64,000 nucleotides of DNA from contig JBOHNX010000001.1 of the NCBI GenBank assembly GCA_050730875.1, positions 13,827-77,826 of the forward strand. Reading direction: 5' to 3'. A program made the position numbers and the translations under genes. How positions within the stretch are numbered: the stretch's first letter is position 1; every line of letters starts with the position of its first letter. This document shows positions 58,253-64,000 of the stretch, piece by piece. This stretch comes from Candidatus Saccharimonadales bacterium (GTDB lineage Bacteria > Patescibacteriota > Saccharimonadia > Saccharimonadales > EFPC-124). The notes under the pieces were generated by a model. That model saw only the letters and a list, made by a program, of their open reading frames with translations. It was not told where the DNA came from and did not search any database.

Positions 58253-61117
58253 ATGAGCAAAGAGAGCAAAGAGACCACAAAGACCACAAAGACTACCCTT
58301 GCCCAAGCTGAAGAAGCAATGCTTGAACTCTGGGATAAAGAGCAGACTTTTGAATTGAGTGTAAAGCAGCGCAAAGGCCGACCGCTATTTAGCTTTTACG
58401 ATGGTCCGCCATTTGCCAACGGCAAGCCGCACTGGGGCGGCATGATGACATCGGTACTAAAGGATGCAGTAGCTCGCTACAAAACAATGCGCGGTTATTA
58501 TGTGCCGAGGCGATTTGGTTGGGACTGTCATGGCTTGCCGCCAGAAATGCTGGCTGAAAAAGAGCTTAACGTATCAGGCAAAAAAGCTATCCAGCAATAT
58601 GGCGTTGAGAAGTTTAATAATTATTGCCGAACTTCTGTCCTGCGATTTACAGGTATGTGGCATGAATACGTGCGCCGCATTGGGCGATGGGTTGATTTTG
58701 AAAACGACTACCGCACCATGGACCCCGAGTACATGGAAAGTGTCATTTGGGCGTTTAAGCAGCTATACAAAAAAGGTCTCGTTTATGAAGGCGAGCGAGT
58801 CGTGCCCTACAGCTACGGTGCGCAAACGTCGCTTTCCAACTTCGAAACGCGTCTGGACGATAGCTACCGTGATCGAGAAGATATTACTGCAACGATTAAA
58901 TTCAGTCTTTCAGATGGCCGCTATATCTTAGGTTGGACCACCACCCCATGGACGTTACCCGCAAATATGTTGCTAGCCATTGGCAGTGATATTGATTACG
59001 TACAGGTTGATAATGACGGCGAGCAACTGATTTTGGCAGAAGCAGCTCTAGAGCGCTACGACGAGCTCGACGACGCCGAAGTCGTACGCCGCATGAAAGG
59101 TCATCAGTTGGTTGGCCTGAGTTACGAACCGCCGTTCGATTACTTTAAGGACGTCAAAGGCGCCTTTCGCGTCGTTGCGGCAGAATTTGTTAACACCGAG
59201 GATGGTGTTGGTATTGTGCATGTTGCTCCAGGGCATGGTGAAGATGACTTTTGGCTTGGCAAGCGCGAAGGAGTGCCGATTATTAGTCCAGTAGACGACG
59301 ATGGCCGCTTTACTAACGATGTCAGTGATTACGCCGGCCGTTTGGTCTTTGATGCGAATAACGAAATTATCGCTGACCTTGAAAAAAGCAAAAAACTCTT
59401 CAAGTCGGAACTCTACACGCATAAATATCCGCATTGCTGGCGCACCGATGTGCCAATTATTTACCGTGCCATGAGCGCATGGTATGTTGATGTACCAAAA
59501 ATCAAGGACCAGCTGCTTAAGACCAACCAAGAGGTCAACTGGATCCCGGCTAACGTAAAGAATGGTGCGGTTGGCAAGTGGCTAGAAGGCGCTCGCGAGT
59601 GGAACATGAGCCGCAAACGTTTTTGGGGTGCACCGATCCCTGTTTGGAAAACCGACGATGGTGAAGTGATTGTCGTCGGCAGTATTAAAGAATTGAAAGA
59701 GCTGGCGGTTGATCCCAGCAGTGTAACTGATTTGCACCGGCCATATATTGACAAGGTGGTACTAAAAACCAAAGACGGCAAGTTGGCACACCGTGTCGAA
59801 GATGTCTTTGACTGTTGGTTCGAAAGCGGTTCAATGCCGTTTGCTCAAATGCACTATCCTTTTAAGAATAAAAAGCTATTTGAAGAGGGATTTCCTGCTG
59901 ACTTCATTACTGAATATATTGGTCAGACGCGCGGCTGGTTTTACACACTGCATGTGCTGGCGGTGGCTTTATTTGGCAAGCCTGCGTTCAAAAACGGTGT
60001 CGCTCATGGGATTATTCTGGGCGAAGATGGTCGCAAAATGAGTAAGCGGTTTGGCAACTATCCGGAGCTGAACGCAGTCTTTGCCGTGAATGGCGCTGAC
60101 GCTGTCCGCTTTTACCTTTTGTCGAGCTCGCTCTTTAGCGGTGACACCGCGGCGTTTGATACAAAGGCACTTGTCGAGGCTCAGCGTAATGTCATTCAGC
60201 GCCTTAAGAATGTGCATAGCTTCTTTACTATGTATGCGACAGTCGACAAGTGGCAACCGGCCAAGGAGCTCAAAGAGCCAAAGTCGGACAATGTTCTTGA
60301 TAAATGGATGCTCTCACGCCTCAACGAAACAATCGTGGCAGTGACAAAACATGCAGATGCCTACGATACGCCGCGACTTGGCAAGCTACTTGCTGAGCTA
60401 CTTGATGACACAAGTAACTGGTATGTGCGTCGCAGTCGCCGCCGTTTTTGGAAGAGCGAAGACGATGGCGATAAGCAGCAGGCCTACGAAACACTCCATT
60501 ACACATTGGTGCGACTCACACAGTTGCTTGCACCGTGGACGCCGTTTGTTAGTGACGAACTTTGGCGCGACCTCACCAAAGACATGAATTTGCCGCAATC
60601 GGTGCACTTAAGTGACTGGCCAGAGGCGGGCAGGGTAGTTAAGAAATCACTCGACGAAATGCAGAAGGCACGAGATGTCATTACCGAAGGCCTCAGCCAG
60701 CGCGCTGCTGCCAAAATTAAGGTGCGCCAGCCGCTTGCGAAGGTGACTGTGCCGAAGCTACCAGAAGTGTACCGGGATATCTTGGCTGAAGAGCTCAATG
60801 TAAAGGTTGTGAAGCTAGATGGCAAGAAGGTAGAACTTGATACGGAGCTGACGGATGAGCTGAAAGCCGAAGGCGTCATGCGCGACCTTGTGCGCCACGT
60901 GCAAAATTTGCGTAAGAACGCTGGTTTGAACGTCGACGACCGGATCGTGCTGCATATCGAGAGCAGCGATGCGCTTGTACAGCGAGCATTAAAGGATTTT
61001 GCTCATGTCATTAAACAAGAAACGCTCGCAAAAGAACTGACGGATGAGCCACAAGCTCACACTGCGGATGCAAAAATCGAGGGCGTAGAAGTGAAGCTCT
61101 CGCTCGACAAAGCGTAA
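58253..61117 (+). CDS. ileS: Isoleucyl-tRNA synthetase
   Basis: The ATG at 58253 follows GAGGTGGAG. Contains a HIGH-like PFANGKPHWGG, KMSKRFGN and a CP1 editing domain. The N-terminus has a KETTKTTKTT repeat. Confidence 0.95.
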   Translation: MSKESKETTKTTKTTLAQAEEAMLELWDKEQTFELSVKQRKGRPLFSFYDGPPFANGKPHWGGMMTSVLKDAVARYKTMRGYYVPRRFGWDCHGLPPEMLAEKELNVSGKKAIQQYGVEKFNNYCRTSVLRFTGMWHEYVRRIGRWVDFENDYRTMDPEYMESVIWAFKQLYKKGLVYEGERVVPYSYGAQTSLSNFETRLDDSYRDREDITATIKFSLSDGRYILGWTTTPWTLPANMLLAIGSDIDYVQVDNDGEQLILAEAALERYDELDDAEVVRRMKGHQLVGLSYEPPFDYFKDVKGAFRVVAAEFVNTEDGVGIVHVAPGHGEDDFWLGKREGVPIISPVDDDGRFTNDVSDYAGRLVFDANNEIIADLEKSKKLFKSELYTHKYPHCWRTDVPIIYRAMSAWYVDVPKIKDQLLKTNQEVNWIPANVKNGAVGKWLEGAREWNMSRKRFWGAPIPVWKTDDGEVIVVGSIKELKELAVDPSSVTDLHRPYIDKVVLKTKDGKLAHRVEDVFDCWFESGSMPFAQMHYPFKNKKLFEEGFPADFITEYIGQTRGWFYTLHVLAVALFGKPAFKNGVAHGIILGEDGRKMSKRFGNYPELNAVFAVNGADAVRFYLLSSSLFSGDTAAFDTKALVEAQRNVIQRLKNVHSFFTMYATVDKWQPAKELKEPKSDNVLDKWMLSRLNETIVAVTKHADAYDTPRLGKLLAELLDDTSNWYVRRSRRRFWKSEDDGDKQQAYETLHYTLVRLTQLLAPWTPFVSDELWRDLTKDMNLPQSVHLSDWPEAGRVVKKSLDEMQKARDVITEGLSQRAAAKIKVRQPLAKVTVPKLPEVYRDILAEELNVKVVKLDGKKVELDTELTDELKAEGVMRDLVRHVQNLRKNAGLNVDDRIVLHIESSDALVQRALKDFAHVIKQETLAKELTDEPQAHTADAKIEGVEVKLSLDKA

Positions 61118-61123
61118 GTACAA

Positions 61124-61152
61124 TTGACACAAAGCACTAAATATGCTAATGT
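61124..61152 (+). promoter_or_regulatory. Promoter giving a (near-)leaderless mRNA for the 61165 ORF
   Basis: TTGACA, 17-nt spacer, TAATGT. The -10 element ends 12 nt before the ATG and there is no SD. Confidence 0.45.
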
Positions 61153-61164
61153 TTATCTTAGCGT

Positions 61165-61452
61165 ATGTTAAAAATAAAAAAATCATTACTAGAGTTTGAT
61201 ACTGATAAGCTGAAAGACCTGTTGCCGCATCAACATATGCAGCTGTCGCCAGTTACCAACGATGATGTGGACGAGCTGGTTCAGGCGATTGCCAACGAAG
61301 CAGCGGTCCAGGATGACAAATGGGACCTAGCAGAAGTGCCAGATGCCCAGAAGATCGCCAATTTTTGGGACCAGGCTGTGCAAGATCTAAAAAATGACCC
61401 AGAGTGGGTTGATTTGAATGAGCAGAGCTATCCCTTTACAGACGGAATCTAA
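61165..61452 (+). CDS. Small acidic protein, unknown function
   Basis: 95-aa ORF. I recognise no motif. Confidence 0.45.
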   Translation: MLKIKKSLLEFDTDKLKDLLPHQHMQLSPVTNDDVDELVQAIANEAAVQDDKWDLAEVPDAQKIANFWDQAVQDLKNDPEWVDLNEQSYPFTDGI

Positions 61453-61492
61453 TCTGTTAGTATTGGTGAGATATTCAAAAAATAGGTAAGGC

Positions 61493-61804
61493 ATGATGAA
61501 AGCAGTTATTAAAGTTGGCGGCAAACAATATATTGTAGCCGAAAAGCAGACGCTTCTTGTTGATAAGCTTGCTAGCGATGCCAAAGAGCTGAGCTTTGAG
61601 CCTTTGATGGTTTTTGATGACAAGACCGCAAAGGTTGGTACTCCTGTTGTGAAGGGTGCGGCTGTTAAGGCTAAGGTTGCTGAGGCTGAGGTTAAGGGCG
61701 ACAAGATACGCGTTATGAAGTTTAAGGCTAAAAAGCGCGTGAAAAAAATGACTGGCCATCGCCAGAAGTACACGAAGATCGAAGTTACGAAGATCACCGC
61801 CTAA
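61493..61804 (+). CDS. rplU: 50S ribosomal protein L21
   Basis: Reads MKAVIKVGGKQYIVAEKQTLLVDKL...HRQKYTKIEVTKI. Confidence 0.9.
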   Translation: MMKAVIKVGGKQYIVAEKQTLLVDKLASDAKELSFEPLMVFDDKTAKVGTPVVKGAAVKAKVAEAEVKGDKIRVMKFKAKKRVKKMTGHRQKYTKIEVTKITA

Positions 61805-61805
61805 C

Positions 61806-61834
61806 AAAAAATCCGCCATGAGCGGATTTTTTTG
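61806..61834 (+). terminator. rplU terminator
   Basis: AAAAAATCCGC-CATGA-GCGGATTTTTTT. Confidence 0.8.
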
Positions 61835-61857
61835 ATTATCTCTTACAGCCCGCTTTT

Positions 61858-61973
61858 CGCCATGTTGGTTTGAATAAACCGTTCACGCGCGAGAAGACGA
61901 CTTTTGAGCCTCGGTCTCAAAAGATCGCCTTTTCGGCTCCACTTCGGTTGAGTTTATTCAAACCAACATGGCG
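61858..61973. repeat. 116-nt palindromic element with 22-bp perfect arms
   Basis: CGCCATGTTGGTTTGAATAAAC (61858-79) is the exact reverse complement of 61952-73. An inner hairpin is CTTTTGAG-CCTCGGT-CTCAAAAG. Confidence 0.85.
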
Positions 61974-62062
61974 AGCGCTACCTCCTTCTATTCCTGAAAG
62001 CATAAAACTGTTACAATGGGCATAGTTTTCATAGATTAGCGAGGGTAGTTTAAGACGCAAAA

Positions 62063-62824
62063 ATGACAGGCAAAATTATTGCAGTCACAAACCAAAAGGG
62101 TGGTGTTGGCAAGACGACGACGGCGATAAACTTGGCTTATAACTTGGCTAAGAGCGGTCAGACTGTTTTGCTGGTTGACTTTGACCCGCAGGGTAATGCT
62201 ACTAGCGGGCTTGGCATCGATAAGCGCGAGCTAAAGTGTACGGTTATCGATGCGCTTGAAGGACGCAAGAAGCTCGTTGAATGCATTCAACAGACGCGGC
62301 ACAAAAATTTGCACGTACTCCCTTCAACCCCGCAGCTAGCGAATGCCGAAGTTGAGCTTGCTAAGGCGCAGCATCGTTTTACGAGACTCAAAAATGCTCT
62401 AACCGACCACTCGTACGATGTGGTGATAATTGACTGCCCGCCGAGTTTGAGTTTGCTAACTGTGAATGGCTTGATTGCCGCTAATTACACGCTTTTGCCG
62501 GTGCAGGCGGAGTTCTATGCGCTGGAGGGGTTAGGCCAGCTACTCGAGACTATGCAGCTTGTTCGCAAGGGCCTTAATCCTAAACTGGAGTTACTTGGCG
62601 TGGTGCTGACGATGGTAGATAGCCGCACAACGTTGTCGGCGCAGGTGCACGAGGAAGTAAAAAAACACTTCCCAGGTAAAGTTTTTGAAACAATTATTCC
62701 GCGCAATGTTCGCCTTGCTGAAGCGCCAAGCCATGGTTTGCCGGTGGGGGCATACGACCGATGGAGCAAGGGTGCACGTGCTTATAAAATGCTTACAAAA
62801 GAAGTATTAAGCCGGGTAGTATAG
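62063..62824 (+). CDS. parA: Chromosome partitioning ATPase ParA/Soj
   Basis: Contains the deviant Walker A NQKGGVGKTTT and DCPPSL. Confidence 0.93.
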   Translation: MTGKIIAVTNQKGGVGKTTTAINLAYNLAKSGQTVLLVDFDPQGNATSGLGIDKRELKCTVIDALEGRKKLVECIQQTRHKNLHVLPSTPQLANAEVELAKAQHRFTRLKNALTDHSYDVVIIDCPPSLSLLTVNGLIAANYTLLPVQAEFYALEGLGQLLETMQLVRKGLNPKLELLGVVLTMVDSRTTLSAQVHEEVKKHFPGKVFETIIPRNVRLAEAPSHGLPVGAYDRWSKGARAYKMLTKEVLSRVV

Positions 62825-62839
62825 AATGGAGGTGAAAGT

Positions 62840-63724
62840 ATGAGTGCTGCGAAAAAACGCGGGCTTGGACGGGGTTTTGACTCACTTATTCCAACCCAGC
62901 TACTAGAGGAAGAATTCGACCCAACGCTTGAGCAAGACGAGCGTTTAAGTGAACTACGCACTATTAAGATCGACGTCATTGTGCCGAATCCACACCAGCC
63001 ACGTCATAATTTTGACGAGGTTGCTTTAAAGGAGCTGGCGGATTCGATTAAAGAGCACGGTATATTGCAACCAATTGTCGTCACGCCGCGCGATAAGGGG
63101 TTTGAATTGGTTGCTGGCGAGCGTCGTTGGCGAGCGTCGCAGATTGTGGGGCTTAAGGAGATTCCAGCGCTCGTACGAACGTACACCGACCAACACAAAT
63201 TAGAATTAGCGTTAATAGAGAACTTGCAGCGCGAAGATCTCAACCCGCTCGAAACCGCGACGGCATATTTAAAATTGCACCAACAATTTAACCTGACATA
63301 TGAAGAAATCGGCAAACGAGTGGGCGGTAAGGCGGTCAGTACTATTAGCAACGCCTTGCGTTTGCTCGGCTTACCAAAAGAGGCGAAAGAAGCGTTAATT
63401 AACGGCAAAATTAGCGAAGGTCACGCCAGGCAGATTTTGGCAATTCACGAACCAGATGTGCAAAAAGAACTGTTAGATCTTATCATCACCCATGGTTGGT
63501 CGGTGCGTAAAGCCGAGCAGTTTGTTATTGGCTATAAAGAAGGTTCTAAAAACAAGAAAACCGCCGTTGCCAAAGTGCGCACCGAGACACCGCAGACCAA
63601 AGCGCTTTCCAAGCGGCTAAAAACAGACGTTTCGGTGAAGCATATGGCAAAAGGTGGTCGCTTGATTATTCAATTTAAAGACGATCAGGATCTTGAAAGA
63701 ATTACGTCACAGCTAGTTGATTAG
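62840..63724 (+). CDS. parB: Chromosome partitioning protein ParB/Spo0J
   Basis: Contains KRGLGRGFDSLI, GERRWRAS and an HTH segment, TYEEIGKRVGGKAVSTISNALRLL. Confidence 0.93.
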   Translation: MSAAKKRGLGRGFDSLIPTQLLEEEFDPTLEQDERLSELRTIKIDVIVPNPHQPRHNFDEVALKELADSIKEHGILQPIVVTPRDKGFELVAGERRWRASQIVGLKEIPALVRTYTDQHKLELALIENLQREDLNPLETATAYLKLHQQFNLTYEEIGKRVGGKAVSTISNALRLLGLPKEAKEALINGKISEGHARQILAIHEPDVQKELLDLIITHGWSVRKAEQFVIGYKEGSKNKKTAVAKVRTETPQTKALSKRLKTDVSVKHMAKGGRLIIQFKDDQDLERITSQLVD

Positions 63725-63727
63725 TCG

Positions 63728-64000
63728 TTAATCGAAGAGCCGAGCTTTGTTAAGCGGTAAAATACGCGCCCAAAGCCGGCCTTCAATTTTGCTAGTATCG
63801 ACTGGGCCAAAAGCGCGGGAATCGTACGAGCCGTTTTCGGCACGGTTATCGCCCATGACAAACAATTGGTTGTCGCCCACGGTTACTTCGAGCGGCTCGC
63901 TAACGTAGGTGGGATCAACGTCTAAGCCAAGTAGCTTGTCTACATCGAATCCATCTGGATTTTCTTGGTTTCGGATAGTTACTGTGCCTTCGCTAATAGC
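63728..64000 (-). CDS. lepB: Signal peptidase I (C-terminal part; the gene continues beyond the window)
   Basis: Hand translation of the minus strand gives ...GDNQLFVMGDNRAENGSYDSRAFGPVDTSKIEGRLWARILPLNKARLFD, with the stop at 63728-63730. This ORF is not in the supplied track. Confidence 0.75.
   Translation of the reverse strand, partial: AISEGTVTIRNQENPDGFDVDKLLGLDVDPTYVSEPLEVTVGDNQLFVMGDNRAENGSYDSRAFGPVDTSKIEGRLWARILPLNKARLFD

Overview
All calls come from reading the sequence and the supplied ORF track. No database searches were run, so products are assigned from recognisable motifs only.

The window is a 64-kb, gene-dense chromosomal segment that uses the standard genetic code. I infer it comes from a streamlined Candidatus Saccharibacteria (TM7) / CPR-type bacterium. 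The 16S rRNA carries ACTGGGCGTAAAGAGTTGC at 30562-30580, which matches the TM7-580F primer as I recall it. Genes are short and often overlap.

**Protein-coding content** is mostly housekeeping:
- thrS, miaA, rpmB, rplT-rpmI-infC, comM, gyrB-gyrA
- rpsA, infB, fmt-def, priA, recJ, rpsU, adk, map
- ftsA-ftsZ, nrdR-nrdJ, ileS, rplU, parA-parB, and a partial lepB

**RNA genes:**
- one rRNA locus (16S, tRNA-Ala, tRNA-Ile, 23S, 5S)
- six further tRNAs (Asp, Thr, Gly, Val, Pro, plus the two in the rRNA spacer)
- RNase P RNA and tmRNA

**Observations most worth follow-up:**
1. A dispersed 47-51-nt translation-initiation cassette. It consists of ATGATTTTTCC, then about 20 nt, then TGCTGCCAG(G)AG, then a mini-hairpin, then ATGA. 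It encodes 16-17-codon 'MIF...' mini-ORFs. Three tandem copies are stacked on the ROK kinase start, one sits on the rpsU start, and a relic lies in a structured RNA upstream of tRNA-Pro.
2. Two T-box leaders (thrS and ileS) whose UGGN bulge covaries with the discriminator base of the cognate tRNAs found in this window.
3. An rRNA locus interrupted by internal promoter-like and terminator-like elements, with Ala-before-Ile tRNA order.
4. Three tRNAs followed by direct repeats of their own 3' ends. One repeat pair brackets a 1.8-kb islet carrying two lipid-remodelling genes.
5. A 1.25-kb gene-free tract after tmRNA, leading into a cluster with a coupling-protein-like ATPase and an LPXTG surface protein.
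6. Two unrelated elements of about 116 and 126 nt, each with a perfect long inverted repeat.
7. Two NrdR paralogs, each preceded by NrdR-box-like sites.
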